33,732 bases of DNA, taken from positions 1-33,732 of the forward strand of contig DASPLE010000065.1 of the NCBI GenBank assembly GCA_035627695.1, in the 5' to 3' direction. Below, in pieces: positions 21,569 through 31,689 of this stretch. This DNA is from Planctomycetota bacterium. GTDB taxonomy: Bacteria; Planctomycetota; UBA11346. The notes under the pieces are model-generated. The model was not told where the DNA came from and ran no database searches. It was given only the letters and a program-made list of their open reading frames with translations. The translations under genes were made by a program, and so were the position numbers. Every line of letters starts with the position of its first letter. The first letter of the stretch is position 1.

Positions 21569-21718
21569 GGCGGAGACTCCGGAGGACGACGGAACGGACG
21601 GTCGGCGGGGCGGCGGCTGGACAGGAGAGTTTACGCCAAAGTCGAAGTCGGCGTCGCGCGCCGCGCAAACCGGGTCGCCCGCGTGGGATCGGCCGGCTGA
21701 CGGTCGACGCTAGGAATG

Positions 21719-23554
21719 CTATTCCTCACCGGCAAGGGTTTCCTTAACGACTTCCTCGATGGTGGTTAAGCCAGCGAAGATCTTCTGGATGCCCGCGTCG
21801 CGCAGGGTCTTCATGCCCCCGCGCTGGGCGGTGGTGCGGATCTGCGTCGCCGAGGCCTTCGCCAGGATCAGCTCGCGGATCGACTCGTCGATGTTGAGCA
21901 ACTCGAAGATCGCGGTGCGGCCCTTGTAGCCGGTGCCCTTGCAGTGCTCGCAACCCTTCCCGTAGTAGAAGCGCTGCGCTGATCCCTCCTTCGGGCTGAG
22001 GTTCAGCGAGGCGAACTCCTCGTCGCTCGGGCTGTACGGCTGCTTGCACTTGGTGCAGATCGTGCGCACCAGGCGTTGCGCCAGGATGGTCTCGACCGTG
22101 GCCGACATGAGGAACGGCTCGATGCCCATGTCGATCAGGCGGGTGATCGCGGTCGGCGCGTCGTTGGTGTGCAGCGTGGTGAAGACGAGGTGGCCGGTCA
22201 GCGACGCCTGGATGGCGATCTGCGCCGTGTCCTGGTCGCGCACCTCGCCGACCAGCAGGATGTCGGGGTCCTGGCGCAGGATCGAGCGCAGGCACATCGC
22301 GAAGGTCTTGCCGATCTCGTCGTCGACCGGCACCTGGATCAGGCCGTGGATCTCGTACTCGACCGGATCCTCGGTGGTGATGATCTTGACCGAGTCCTCG
22401 TTCACCGCGGAGAGCGCCGCATACAGCGTGGTGGTCTTGCCGGATCCGGTCGGCCCGGTGACGATGACGATGCCGTTCGGCTTCTGGATGATCTCGCGGA
22501 AGCTCGTCAGCATGTCGTCGGGGAAGCCGATCTTGTCGAGATCGAGGTTCACGACGCTGCGATCGAGGATGCGCACCACCACCGACTCGCCGAACATCGT
22601 CGGCAGGCAGCTCACGCGCAGGTCGACCTCGCGGTCGCCGACCTTGACCATGATCTTGCCGTCCTGCGGCATGCGCCGTTCGGCGATGTCGAGGTGCGAC
22701 ATGACCTTGATGCGCGCGACCAGCGGCGCGGCCAGGTTCTTCGGCACCGGCAGCATCTCGTAGAGCACGCCGTCGATGCGGTTGCGGACCTTGAACTCGG
22801 TCTCGAACGGCTCGAAGTGGATGTCCGACGCCTGCGCCTTCACGCCGGTGAGCATGATCAGGTTGAGCAGCTTCTTCACCGGCGCGGAATCCGCCGCCTC
22901 CATCGGATTGGAGGTGTCGATCCCAGCGAACGATCCCATGTCGATCTGGAACGACTCGGCGTTGCCGATCGGATCGGCGGCGCCGTCGTTGGAGTCGTAC
23001 TGGCTGAGCAGGTCCTGGTACTGGGCCTTGGTCGCCTGGCTCTCGTCGACCGCGTAGTAGGTCTTCAGCGCCTGATCGATCGCCGACTCGGACGCGAGCG
23101 CGGGGCGCAGCTGGCGCACGCCGAGCATGAACTTGAGATCGTCGAGCGCCGCGAGGTTGTCCGGCTCGCTCGTCGCGACGACGAGCGTGTCGTCGGCGAA
23201 GCGCACCGGGACGATGCGGTAGGAGTTGGCGACGTTGTTCGGCACCTTCTCGAGCAGCGGCGCCGGCAGCGACTCGAGGTCGCTCTTCTGCACGCTCTCC
23301 AGGCCGAGCAGCTTGGCGACCGCGTACAGCACCGCGTCCTCGCGAACGCCGGCCTCGAGGCACGCCTGCGTGACGTCGATGCCTTCCTTGCGGTGGCGCT
23401 TGAAGATCGCCTGCGCGCCCGGCTCGTCGACCTCCTCCTCCTTGTAGAGCAGCTTGATGAGCTTCTGCGGATCGACGCCGCCCGAGCGGATGACGGGCTT
23501 GCGCTCGCCGCCGCTGCCATCGCCGACCGTCGCCGCTGCGCCTGAGCCCGCCAT
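21719..23554 (-). CDS. pilB: Type IV pilus assembly (extension) ATPase PilB (GspE family)
   Basis: N-terminal T2SSE_N-like region. Walker A GPTGSGKTTTLYA, Asp box, Walker B and His box. Tetracysteine Zn motif CTKC...CEHC. Its start lies 3 nt from the pilT stop. Confidence 0.92.
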   Translation of the reverse strand: MAGSGAAATVGDGSGGERKPVIRSGGVDPQKLIKLLYKEEEVDEPGAQAIFKRHRKEGIDVTQACLEAGVREDAVLYAVAKLLGLESVQKSDLESLPAPLLEKVPNNVANSYRIVPVRFADDTLVVATSEPDNLAALDDLKFMLGVRQLRPALASESAIDQALKTYYAVDESQATKAQYQDLLSQYDSNDGAADPIGNAESFQIDMGSFAGIDTSNPMEAADSAPVKKLLNLIMLTGVKAQASDIHFEPFETEFKVRNRIDGVLYEMLPVPKNLAAPLVARIKVMSHLDIAERRMPQDGKIMVKVGDREVDLRVSCLPTMFGESVVVRILDRSVVNLDLDKIGFPDDMLTSFREIIQKPNGIVIVTGPTGSGKTTTLYAALSAVNEDSVKIITTEDPVEYEIHGLIQVPVDDEIGKTFAMCLRSILRQDPDILLVGEVRDQDTAQIAIQASLTGHLVFTTLHTNDAPTAITRLIDMGIEPFLMSATVETILAQRLVRTICTKCKQPYSPSDEEFASLNLSPKEGSAQRFYYGKGCEHCKGTGYKGRTAIFELLNIDESIRELILAKASATQIRTTAQRGGMKTLRDAGIQKIFAGLTTIEEVVKETLAGEE

Positions 23555-23557
23555 GGC

Positions 23558-24640
23558 TCAGCCCGCCGCCTGGCCGCCGGCCTCGGTGACCTTGCGCTGC
23601 ACGTAGCCGGTGTCCTTGGCGTAGCTCATCATCGCGTCGAAGGCGATCTCGCCCTTCTGGTAGAGCTTGAAGAGCCAATCGTCGAGCAGGATCATGCCCT
23701 GGTTGGCGCTGGTCTGGATCGTGCCGTCGATGCGGAAGCTCTTGTTCTCGCGGATCAGGTTCGAGATCGCCGGGTTCATGATCATGATCTCGAACGCGGC
23801 CGCGCGGCCCTTGCCGTCCTTCTTCGGCACCAGCGCCTGCGACACGACGGCGATCAGGTTGCCGGCCAGCTGCGTGCGGATCATCTCCTGCTGGTTGGTC
23901 GGGAACGCGTCGACGATGCGGTCGACGGTGCGGCCGGCGCCGGTGGTGTGCAGCGTGCCGAAGACGAGGTGACCGGTCTCGGCGGCGGTGATCGCCGACG
24001 AGATGGTCTCGAGATCGCGCATCTCGCCGACCAGGATGACGTCCGGGTCCTCGCGCAGCGCGCGGCGCAGGCCTTCCTCGAACGACTTCACGTCGATGTG
24101 CACTTCGCGCTGGTTGACCACGCACTTCTTGTGCTCGTGGTAGTACTCGATCGGGTCCTCGATGGTGATGATGTGGCCGGACGACTCCTGGTTGATGAAG
24201 TCGATCATCGTCGCCAGCGTCGTCGACTTGCCAGAACCGGTCGGACCGGTGATCAGGAACAGGCCGCGCGGGCGCATGCACAGGTCTTTGATGTGCGGCG
24301 GCAGGCCGATCTGCTCGAAGGTCAGGATCCGCGACGGGATCAGGCGCAGCACCATCGCGAACTTGCCCTTCTGCTTGAAGGCGCTGACGCGGAAGCGGGC
24401 CTTGTCGAAGTAGCCGATCGCGAAGTCGGTCGAACCGAGCTCGGCGATCTCCGTTTGCCCGCGCTCGCTGGTGATCTGCTTCATCAGCATCGCGGTGTCC
24501 TCGGCGGTCAGCGCCGGGACGTTGAGGCTCTTGATCTCACCGTGGATGCGGAAGCTCGGCGGTCGTCCGACCGAGAGGTGGATGTCGGAGGCGTTCTGCT
24601 GGAGGCAGACCTCGAGCAGCTTGTTCATGTCGACAGCCAT
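23558..24640 (-). CDS. pilT: Type IV pilus retraction ATPase PilT
   Basis: About 360 aa. Walker A GPTGSGKSTTLA and the PilT-type C-terminus. GAGGA RBS 4-5 nt upstream. Confidence 0.92.
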   Translation of the reverse strand: MAVDMNKLLEVCLQQNASDIHLSVGRPPSFRIHGEIKSLNVPALTAEDTAMLMKQITSERGQTEIAELGSTDFAIGYFDKARFRVSAFKQKGKFAMVLRLIPSRILTFEQIGLPPHIKDLCMRPRGLFLITGPTGSGKSTTLATMIDFINQESSGHIITIEDPIEYYHEHKKCVVNQREVHIDVKSFEEGLRRALREDPDVILVGEMRDLETISSAITAAETGHLVFGTLHTTGAGRTVDRIVDAFPTNQQEMIRTQLAGNLIAVVSQALVPKKDGKGRAAAFEIMIMNPAISNLIRENKSFRIDGTIQTSANQGMILLDDWLFKLYQKGEIAFDAMMSYAKDTGYVQRKVTEAGGQAAG

Positions 24641-24851
24641 AAGTCCTCACCGAACAGCGGAGTATGGGTTCGCCCCCTGCCCCGGAAGACGCCCCCGCTC
24701 GGCCCCTGGCGGGGGTGTGTGAACGAGGGACGCACCGCCGCAGCGCGGGGGGTTATACCAGGGGATGACGAGCCGTGCCGACCCGGCTGTCGTCGCAGAA
24801 CGCGGTTCGGCGGCCTGGAGCCCGAGCTGAGTCACCCCCGACGCACGTATT

Positions 24852-24897
24852 GAGCTTCGGGCTTCGAGCCTCGAGCTTCGCGCTTCGCGCTTCGCGC
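24852..24897. repeat. Degenerate heptamer tandem repeat (gagcttc gggcttc gagcctc gagcttc gcgcttc gcgcttc gcgcc) abutting the stop codon of the SurA-like gene; on the minus strand it reads GAAGNNC
   Basis: Period-7 repeat read directly from the sequence. Same orientation relative to the upstream gene as the repeat at 15679. Confidence 0.85.
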
Positions 24898-24899
24898 CC

Positions 24900-26183
24900 C
24901 TACTCGGTGGCCGCGGCCGCCTGCGGCGCGACCGCCGGCACCGCCGCATCGAGGCCGGTCTCGGCCGCGCGCCGCTCGATCAGCGGCGGCAGGCTCTCGT
25001 AATCCACCTGCGCGATGCCGCGCAGCTCGCCGAGCAGGCGCTGGGTCCGGCCTTCGATCGCCGCGGCGACGATGTCATCGCGCACGCGATCCTCGATGGC
25101 GGCGAACTCGGCGGCCTTGGCCGCCCGCCGGCCATGCACCAGCAGCAGGACGACGCCCTCGTCGTGCGCGATCGGGTCGAGCAGGATCGGCTCGGTGCCG
25201 GTCGCGGCGAACGCCGCGGCCACCGCCGCCGCCGGCACCGGCTTCGCGCCCTTCGTCGACCGCGCGCCATCGCGCCCGATCCAGCCGATCCGACCGTCCG
25301 GAGCGGCGTCCGGATCCCAGCCGCGCCCCCACAGCTGCCAGGCCTTCGCGAAGGCCGCGCCGTCGGCGATCGACGCGCGGATGTCGCGCAGCACGCCGAA
25401 CAGGCGCCGGCGTTCGGCTTCGGTCACGACCATCGGGCCCGGCGCGATCTGGATCTTCTCGTACGGGATCGAGATCAGCGACAGGTCGACCGCCTCGGCG
25501 ACGTCGTAGTCGGCGCGGTTGCGCTCGAAGTAGGCGCGCATCATCTCCGGCGTCAGCTCGGCGCGGATGCGGCGTTCCGCCATGATGTGCAGGCCGGCGC
25601 CCATGCGGAAGCCCGGTTGACGCGCGAACTCGCTGACCGGCATCTGCTGCGACTGCTGGATGTAGTCGTCGAACTGCATGCGCACGCCGTCGTCGCGCGC
25701 CGCCATGCGCTGGTCGAAGCTGGCGCGCATGCGGGTCAGCTCGGCGGCGATCTCGGCGTCGCCGACCACCACGCCCTCGCGCTTCAGCGCCTGGTCGACG
25801 ACCGAGATGTTGATCAGCTCCTCGCGCACGTCCGCCGCCTTCTGGCGCAGCAGCTGCGCGGCGAGGAGGCCGCGGCGCAGGCGCATGCCGGCGATCTCGA
25901 GCAGCACGTCCTCGTCCTTCAGGTCGATCCACGGGGTCTGGCCGAGCCGCTCGTGCACCAGGTCCTCGATCAGGTCCGCGCCCTCGCGTTCGAGCAGCGC
26001 GTCCTCGAGCTGACGCAGCGTCAACGGCGCGCCATCGACCGCCGCGACCGGGGTCCGCGGATCGAGCGGTGCCGCTGCCACCGCCGGCGTGGTCGCCGCC
26101 GGCGCGCTCTCGGCGGCGGAAATCCCGGACGCGCCCAGCGCCAGCAGGCCGCACAGCATGGACGTCAGCGCGCGCATCGTCAT
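24900..26183 (-). CDS. Periplasmic SurA/PrsA-like chaperone with a degenerate parvulin (PpiC) domain
   Basis: Signal peptide MTMRALTSMLCGLLALGASGISAAES. A SurA-N-like helical region, then a parvulin-like block (RIGWIGRDG...PVPAAAVAAAFAATGTEPILLDPIAHDEGVVLLLV) aligning to the GDLGWF...AF.L..GE.S.PV.T..G.HII pattern. The start overlaps the rsmA stop (ATGA). Confidence 0.5.
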   Translation of the reverse strand: MTMRALTSMLCGLLALGASGISAAESAPAATTPAVAAAPLDPRTPVAAVDGAPLTLRQLEDALLEREGADLIEDLVHERLGQTPWIDLKDEDVLLEIAGMRLRRGLLAAQLLRQKAADVREELINISVVDQALKREGVVVGDAEIAAELTRMRASFDQRMAARDDGVRMQFDDYIQQSQQMPVSEFARQPGFRMGAGLHIMAERRIRAELTPEMMRAYFERNRADYDVAEAVDLSLISIPYEKIQIAPGPMVVTEAERRRLFGVLRDIRASIADGAAFAKAWQLWGRGWDPDAAPDGRIGWIGRDGARSTKGAKPVPAAAVAAAFAATGTEPILLDPIAHDEGVVLLLVHGRRAAKAAEFAAIEDRVRDDIVAAAIEGRTQRLLGELRGIAQVDYESLPPLIERRAAETGLDAAVPAVAPQAAAATE

Positions 26184-27034
26184 GGCGTCTCCGGACCCGG
26201 CGCGCCGAGCGCGGCGTGCAGCGCCGTCAGCTCGTCGGCGCCGAGCTGCTCAAGCCTGCGGTCGAGGGCGAGGCCGCAAGCCGCGCAGGCCGCCTCGGCG
26301 ACGTCCTTGGCGCTGCCCGCGTCACGCAGCGCGCGCGGCAGCACCTTCCTGCGCGCCGCGAAGACCCGCCGGCACCACCCCGGGAAGGTCGCGGCGAGCA
26401 CGCGTCCGCGCGGCCGCACGCGCAGGATCGCGCTGTCCACGCGCGGCTGCGGGTAGAACGCCGACGGCGGCAGGCGGCGGACGATGCGTGGCTCGCCCGC
26501 CGCCTGGGCCACCGCCGCCGACGCTCCCCACGCATCGTCCCCGGGCCGCGACACCAGGCGCTCGGCCGCCTCGTACTGCACGGTCACCGCCACCAGGCGC
26601 GGCGGCGTCGGCAGCGTCAGCGCATTCAGCAGCGCCGGGATGGCGATGTCGTACGGAAGGTTCGCGCCGAGCTTCCAACCGCCGGGCGCGGCGGCGGAGA
26701 ACTCCTCGATCGCCGGATGCAGCCGGCTCTTCGCCGCCAGCGCGTCGCCGTGCACCAGCGTCAGGCCGCGCGGCACCAGGGTCCCGCCGAGCAGGCCCGC
26801 GAGGCCGCGGTCGAGCTCGACGGCCAGGACCTGCGCGCCCGCGTCGAGCATGCGTTCGCTCAGCAGGCCGGTGCCGGGGCCGATCTCGACCACCCGGTCG
26901 CCCGGTGCCAGCTCCAGCGCGCCGACCAGCGCCGCGAGCGCCGACTCGTCGATCATGAAATTCTGCCCGAGGCGATGCAGCGGCGCGAGTCCCGCCCGCG
27001 CGAGCTGCTCCTGGACCTGGTGGCGCAGGCTCAT
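26180..27034 (-). CDS. rsmA: 16S rRNA (adenine1518/1519-N6)-dimethyltransferase RsmA/KsgA
   Basis: Motifs LGQNFMID, VVEIGPGTGLLSERM and GANLPYDIAIPALL. ATGA overlaps on both sides. Confidence 0.88.
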   Translation of the reverse strand: MSLRHQVQEQLARAGLAPLHRLGQNFMIDESALAALVGALELAPGDRVVEIGPGTGLLSERMLDAGAQVLAVELDRGLAGLLGGTLVPRGLTLVHGDALAAKSRLHPAIEEFSAAAPGGWKLGANLPYDIAIPALLNALTLPTPPRLVAVTVQYEAAERLVSRPGDDAWGASAAVAQAAGEPRIVRRLPPSAFYPQPRVDSAILRVRPRGRVLAATFPGWCRRVFAARRKVLPRALRDAGSAKDVAEAACAACGLALDRRLEQLGADELTALHAALGAPGPETP

Positions 27035-29133
27035 CGCGGCAGGAAGCGCTGGCGCGGCGGCAGCAGGTCGTCGACGGGCACGCGCACCACGAACCGACCC
27101 GGCGCGGCCGAGCCGTGCGACGAGTCGACCGACACCGGGACGAGCCCGTCGGCGCCGGGCCGTCCGACCGCGAGGCTCAGCCGTTCGTCGCCGCGCTCGA
27201 AGGCGGGCTGGAAGCAGCTGACCACGCCGACGCGTTCGTCATTGGCCAGCGCCGCGGCGTCGCGGTCGACGCGCTCGGCCGTCAGCCCGGCCAGCGCGCG
27301 CAGCCAGCGCATCACGGCGAGCCCGTCGCCGGCGACCGGCTCCTCGCCGGAGACCTCGATGCGCCACTCGGACTCGGACAGGCGCATGAGGACGTAGCTG
27401 CCGTCGGAACGCGCCACCGACACGCGGCCGACCGGATTCGGCGTCAGCGGCCAGACCGTGCGCGCCGCCAGCGGCCGCATCAGCGCGTCGACCACGTCGT
27501 CGGCGAAATCGTAGCGCAGCGCGCCTTCCGGATCGATCGCGCGCCACGCGCCGTCGACGCGCGCGAACGCCAGCGAGGTCTCGAGCGACGCGGTCTCGTC
27601 GAGCGCGGCGGCGTCGGTGGCGCGGCCCTCGGCGCGCGGGGCGAACCGGCAGGCGATCTCGAAGGTCGCGCGGTCGACGAGCGCGCGATCCGCGACGTCG
27701 GCCAGGCGCGCGCGCTCGGCCCGCGCCGTGCACAGCGCGCGCGCCAGGGCCTCGACCGCGACCTGATCGACCGGCAACGCGCTGGGATGGATCTGCGCCC
27801 AGCCGGTCGCCTCGCGCGCGAAGACCTCGCCGCGCACCACGGACTCGCCGTCGCGCCACACGCGCTGCAGCTTGTCGAGCCGCGCCGGCGCGCGCGCGAT
27901 CGGCGTCGGATCGAGGAACGCGTCCGGCGACAGCTCGGCGAGGATCGGCGGCAGCCTGGCGACGCGGCCGCGGTGCAGCACGCTCGCCGCCTCGCCGCCG
28001 GCGAGCTCGAGGCGGATCGGCGCGCGCTGGAGCTGGCCGACGAGGTCGATGGTGACGGCGTCGGCGGCGAGCGGCGCCGCGTCGGCCCGCCGGCGGACGT
28101 CGCTCACCGTCACCTGCCGGAACGCGTCCTCGAGCCGCTGCGCGCCGTCGTGGATCGCCGTGATGCGCCCGCCCGGCCAGATCAGGTCCCAGGCGCTGCG
28201 CCCCTCCTTCACGTCCTCGTTGCCGCGCCGCTCGAGGCGGAACCACGTCTCGGCGCCACGGCGCACGACCACCTCCTCGATCGGGTCGTCCATGCGCCGG
28301 CCGGGGATGTCGAGCAGGTAGTCGACGGCGAATCCGGCGAAGAGGCTCGCCCAGCGCGCGGCGGCCTCGGCGGCGAGCGGCTGCGGCGGCAGGTCATCGA
28401 TCGCCAGGACGGCGCCCGCCGGGCGTTCGACGAACACCGCGCGATGGCCGGCGACCGCGATGGCGCGGCCCTCGCCGGCGCCGACGGGCGGCGCGGACAG
28501 CGCGTCGATGCGCATCTCGCCGAGCAGCGCGAGCAGCGCGTTCACCCGCGTCGTGAACGCCGGCCGCTCCGGGGCCGACGGCGCACACCACGCGCCGAAC
28601 GCGTCGCGCTGCAGCTCGAGGCCGTCGACCGTCAGCCGGTCGACGGCGTCGACCGGGATGGGCGGACCGTCGAGGCGCACCCAGGCCGCCGCCAGCCGCC
28701 GCGCGAAGGATGCGTCGATCGGCAGGACGCGGCGCTGCTCGGCGAGCCAGGCGTAGGCGCGCCCGTCCTTCGTTCCCCACGACAGGCGCACGCCATCGCC
28801 CTCGAGCGCGCGGTCGCCATCGATGCCGAACGACGCGAGCTGATCCTCGCCGACCGCGTCGACGGCGGCGGCCGGGTCGATCGCCGGCTGGCCGAGCAGC
28901 GACCACAGGCGCTGCGCGCGCTCGCGGTCGAGCGGCAGGCGCCTGCCGTCGACCGTCACGTCGTCGCCGACCACGCGGCTCTCGACGCCCTGCGCCCTCA
29001 GCGTGTACGCCTCCGGCGCGTCGCGCGTCCACAGCGCGATCCGCGTCGACCCGGCGGCGCGCTCGGGCCAGAACACGTACGCGGCGAGCGCGAGCAGCGC
29101 GGCCGACAGGATGAGGTACCCGAGACGCGACAT
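27031..29133 (-). CDS. Hypothetical N-terminally membrane-anchored protein (about 700 aa), cotranscribed with rsmA
   Basis: N-terminal signal anchor MSRLGYLILSAALLALAAYVFWP. Balanced composition (W, D, E, F present) and good GC3 bias. Its stop overlaps the rsmA start (ATGA). The plus-strand ORFs across it are R-rich artefacts. Confidence 0.55.
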   Translation of the reverse strand: MSRLGYLILSAALLALAAYVFWPERAAGSTRIALWTRDAPEAYTLRAQGVESRVVGDDVTVDGRRLPLDRERAQRLWSLLGQPAIDPAAAVDAVGEDQLASFGIDGDRALEGDGVRLSWGTKDGRAYAWLAEQRRVLPIDASFARRLAAAWVRLDGPPIPVDAVDRLTVDGLELQRDAFGAWCAPSAPERPAFTTRVNALLALLGEMRIDALSAPPVGAGEGRAIAVAGHRAVFVERPAGAVLAIDDLPPQPLAAEAAARWASLFAGFAVDYLLDIPGRRMDDPIEEVVVRRGAETWFRLERRGNEDVKEGRSAWDLIWPGGRITAIHDGAQRLEDAFRQVTVSDVRRRADAAPLAADAVTIDLVGQLQRAPIRLELAGGEAASVLHRGRVARLPPILAELSPDAFLDPTPIARAPARLDKLQRVWRDGESVVRGEVFAREATGWAQIHPSALPVDQVAVEALARALCTARAERARLADVADRALVDRATFEIACRFAPRAEGRATDAAALDETASLETSLAFARVDGAWRAIDPEGALRYDFADDVVDALMRPLAARTVWPLTPNPVGRVSVARSDGSYVLMRLSESEWRIEVSGEEPVAGDGLAVMRWLRALAGLTAERVDRDAAALANDERVGVVSCFQPAFERGDERLSLAVGRPGADGLVPVSVDSSHGSAAPGRFVVRVPVDDLLPPRQRFLPR

Positions 29134-29219
29134 CGTGTCCTAGCTGACGACGGCGGGGCGCGAAGTCTTCACGCCGGTCCTGGCGGCGAGGCGGCCCGTG
29201 CGACGTCGCCCGTACCGGC

Positions 29220-29957
29220 TCAGACGCCGAACTCGTGCTTCTTCGGCAGGTCGCCGATGCCGCCCAGGCCGAAGCGGCTGAGGAAGTGCTCGGTGGTGCC
29301 GTAGAGCAGCGGGCGGCCGAGCGATTCCTCGGCGCGGCCGTTGACCTGCACGAGCTTGAGATCCATCAGCTGGCGCAGCACCGGTCCGCACTGGACGCCG
29401 CGGATGTCCTCGACCTCGCCGCGGGTGATCGGCTGCTTGTAGGCGACGATCGCCAGGGTCTCGAGCGCGCTCTTCGACAGGCGCGTCGGCAGCTCCTTGC
29501 GCTCGAGCTGGCGCACCCACGGGTGCAGCGCGCGACGCGTCATGAGCTGCCAGCCGCCGGCGAGGCGGCGCAGCTCCCAGCCGCGGTTCTCGTGCGCGTA
29601 GCGCTCGCCGAGACCGGCGAGGAAGCCGTCGAGATAGCCCGCGCCCGTGCCGGGCAGGCATTCGGCGATGCGCTCGATCGCCAGCGGCCTGGTCGCGACG
29701 AACAGCAGGGCCTCGATGACCGCGCGCAGCTCCTCCGGCGGCAGGTCGCTGGTGTCGGGCACGACCTGGGGCTGCTCGGCGGCGATCAGCTGCTGCTGGC
29801 CATCGGCGAGGGTCTCGACCGAGAAGGTCTCGATCATCGCCTCGGCCGGCGCGGATGCGCCATCGACGGTGGCCGCCGGAGCCTCCGTGGTGGCTTCGGC
29901 CGGCGCGGTCGTGGCCGCGTCGCCGCTGATCGTCGTCTCGCTCGGCTCGTCGCTCAT
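29220..29957 (-). CDS. scpB: Segregation and condensation protein B
   Basis: ScpB winged-helix motifs: [38 protein letters not shown] and [29 protein letters not shown], with an acidic C-terminal tail. The ATG at 29957 overlaps the trpG stop (ATGA). The track's upstream in-frame extension lacks coding character. Confidence 0.8.
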   Translation of the reverse strand: MSDEPSETTISGDAATTAPAEATTEAPAATVDGASAPAEAMIETFSVETLADGQQQLIAAEQPQVVPDTSDLPPEELRAVIEALLFVATRPLAIERIAECLPGTGAGYLDGFLAGLGERYAHENRGWELRRLAGGWQLMTRRALHPWVRQLERKELPTRLSKSALETLAIVAYKQPITRGEVEDIRGVQCGPVLRQLMDLKLVQVNGRAEESLGRPLLYGTTEHFLSRFGLGGIGDLPKKHEFGV

Positions 29958-30526
29958 CGCCGGCACTCCATGAAATTGCGCAGCAGCGCGTGGCCGTGCT
30001 GGGTGAGGAAGCTCTCGGGATGGAACTGCACGCCTTCGATCGGCAGCTCGCGATGGCGCAGGCCCATCAGCTCGTGCCGGTCGGTGGTCCACGCGGTCGC
30101 CTCGAGGCACGCCGGCAGGCGCTCATTGACGACGAGGCTGTGGTAGCGCGTCGCGGTGAACGGGCTGTCGATGCCGGTGAAGACGCCGCGCCCATCGTGC
30201 GCGATCTGGCTGGTCTTGCCGTGCATCAGGCGCGCCGCGCGTTCGACGACGCCGCCGTACGCCTGGCCGATCGACTGGTGGCCGAGGCAGACGCCGAGCA
30301 GCGGCACCTTCTTCTCGCCAGCCAGGCGGATCAGGTCGAGGCTGATGCCGGCCTCGGTCGGCGTGCACGGTCCGGGCGAGACCACGATGTGCTGCGGGCG
30401 CTCGTCGATCACCTGCTGCGCGGTCTTCTCGTCGTTGCGGTAGACCCGGACCTCGGCGCCGAGCTCCCACAGGTACTGGACGAGGTTCCAGGTGAAGCTG
30501 TCGTAGTTGTCGATGACGATGATCAT
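29954..30526 (-). CDS. trpG: Glutamine amidotransferase class I: anthranilate / aminodeoxychorismate synthase component II (TrpG/PabA)
   Basis: N-terminus [19 protein letters not shown]. Catalytic triad context GVCLGHQ and VQFHPES. About 190 aa. Confidence 0.85.
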   Translation of the reverse strand: MIIVIDNYDSFTWNLVQYLWELGAEVRVYRNDEKTAQQVIDERPQHIVVSPGPCTPTEAGISLDLIRLAGEKKVPLLGVCLGHQSIGQAYGGVVERAARLMHGKTSQIAHDGRGVFTGIDSPFTATRYHSLVVNERLPACLEATAWTTDRHELMGLRHRELPIEGVQFHPESFLTQHGHALLRNFMECRR

Positions 30527-30655
30527 GTCGGCGCGGGGCGCGCACCGTACCCCTGGCCGACAGCGCAGGCAACGTCACGCGCACGCCGACGTACCGCCGC
30601 GACCCCCCACGCGCTTGCTTCCGAGACCGTCGGACTACAGTCCGCCGCGTCGCCT

Positions 30656-30732
30656 GCGCTGGTAGCTCAATTGGATAGAGCATCAGACTACGGATCTGGA
30701 GGTTGGGGGTTCAAATCCCTCCCGGCGCGCCA
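30656..30732 (+). tRNA. tRNA-Arg (anticodon ACG)
   Basis: Manual cloverleaf fold: acceptor gcgctgg/ccggcgc with one G-U pair; D-arm gctc...gagc; anticodon stem tcaga/tctgg with loop cuACGga; T-arm ggggg-ttcaaat-ccctc; discriminator G; encoded CCA. Confidence 0.85.
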
Positions 30733-30736
30733 GCAG

Positions 30737-30780
30737 AAGCCCCGCTAAGGTCCTACCTTAGCGGGGCTTTTCTTTATTCT
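30737..30780 (+). terminator. Rho-independent terminator: 15-bp perfect stem (aagccccgctaaggt / accttagcggggctt), 3-nt loop, then a T-rich tract ttctttattct
   Basis: Read directly from the sequence, immediately 3' of the tRNA CCA end. Confidence 0.85.
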
Positions 30781-31097
30781 CGCGTCGCCACATCTCCGCA
30801 GTGCCGCCAGCACGGTCCGTCAGCGGAAACCGGTCGATGCGTCGGTCGCGACGCGCTCCGCTGGTCATGCGCGGTCGCGCGCATCGTCGGGGGACGCGCG
30901 ATCCGACCATGCGGCGCCGGCAACCCGCGCACCCGGGCCGGCGACGGTCCGCCCGCCGCCGCGCGAGACTGGACCCGGAATGGGGAACACGCCATGACGG
31001 GCGGCGCGCGACGAAAACGACCCCCGCAGTTACCTTGTGTGGTTCAGCACATCCCTGCGTTTACGGTGAGTCGCCCCACCCCTACTCTGGATCCGCA

Positions 31098-31508
31098 ATG
31101 TCTGGTCGCATCCTCTTCATCGACGACAACGCGGCCGATTGCGACCTGTTTGCCCTCGCCATGGATGAAGTCGGCGAGGCGAAACGACTTGCGACTGAAT
31201 GCAATGCGGCGAAGGCGGTCGAACGGCTGAAGACCACCGCCGATGCCGACCTGCCGTCGCTCATCCTCCTCGACCTGAACATGCCCCAGCTCAACGGCAA
31301 AGAGGTCCTGCGCTGGATCCGCTCGCAGGACCGCCTGACCGGCGTGCGGGTGGTGATGTTCTCGACCTCCAGCCGACCGGCCGACGAGCAGGAATGCCGC
31401 CGGCTGGGCGCCGACGACTACGTGGTCAAGCCGGGCAGCTACGACCAGCTCGTCGGCCTCGCGCGGCGCTTCACCGATCTCGTGAGCCAGCGTCCCGCGG
31501 CCAACTGA
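31098..31508 (+). CDS. Single-domain response regulator (CheY-like receiver)
   Basis: MSGRILFIDDNAADCDL (acidic pocket), LILLDLNMP (phospho-acceptor Asp), VVMFSTS and DYVVKP. 136 aa with no output domain. Confidence 0.8.
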   Translation: MSGRILFIDDNAADCDLFALAMDEVGEAKRLATECNAAKAVERLKTTADADLPSLILLDLNMPQLNGKEVLRWIRSQDRLTGVRVVMFSTSSRPADEQECRRLGADDYVVKPGSYDQLVGLARRFTDLVSQRPAAN

Positions 31509-31689
31509 AGCCGGTGCGCCGCGCCTGGTCCGTGTCGCGCAGCGGCCGGGCGATCCCGAGAACGTCGGGCCGGACACCGCCCAATGCGGCACCCCAGTCG
31601 ACCCGCTCCCACCCCGGGACGGCGGCGTCCGGCACGACCACCGCCTTGTCCGCCTGCGCGAGGCGCGTCGAGCGCGGCGCGAGCGAGCC

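Noticed and set aside
21744-24281. 845-aa minus-strand ORF and 489-aa plus-strand ORF overlapping pilB/pilT
   Set aside because: Alternative-frame or antisense artefacts. PilB and PilT are unambiguous from Walker motifs, and only those frames show coding-like composition.
26069-27397. 442-aa and 289-aa plus-strand ORFs opposite rsmA and the SurA-like gene
   Set aside because: R/A/P-rich antisense artefacts. The rsmA motifs lie on the minus strand.
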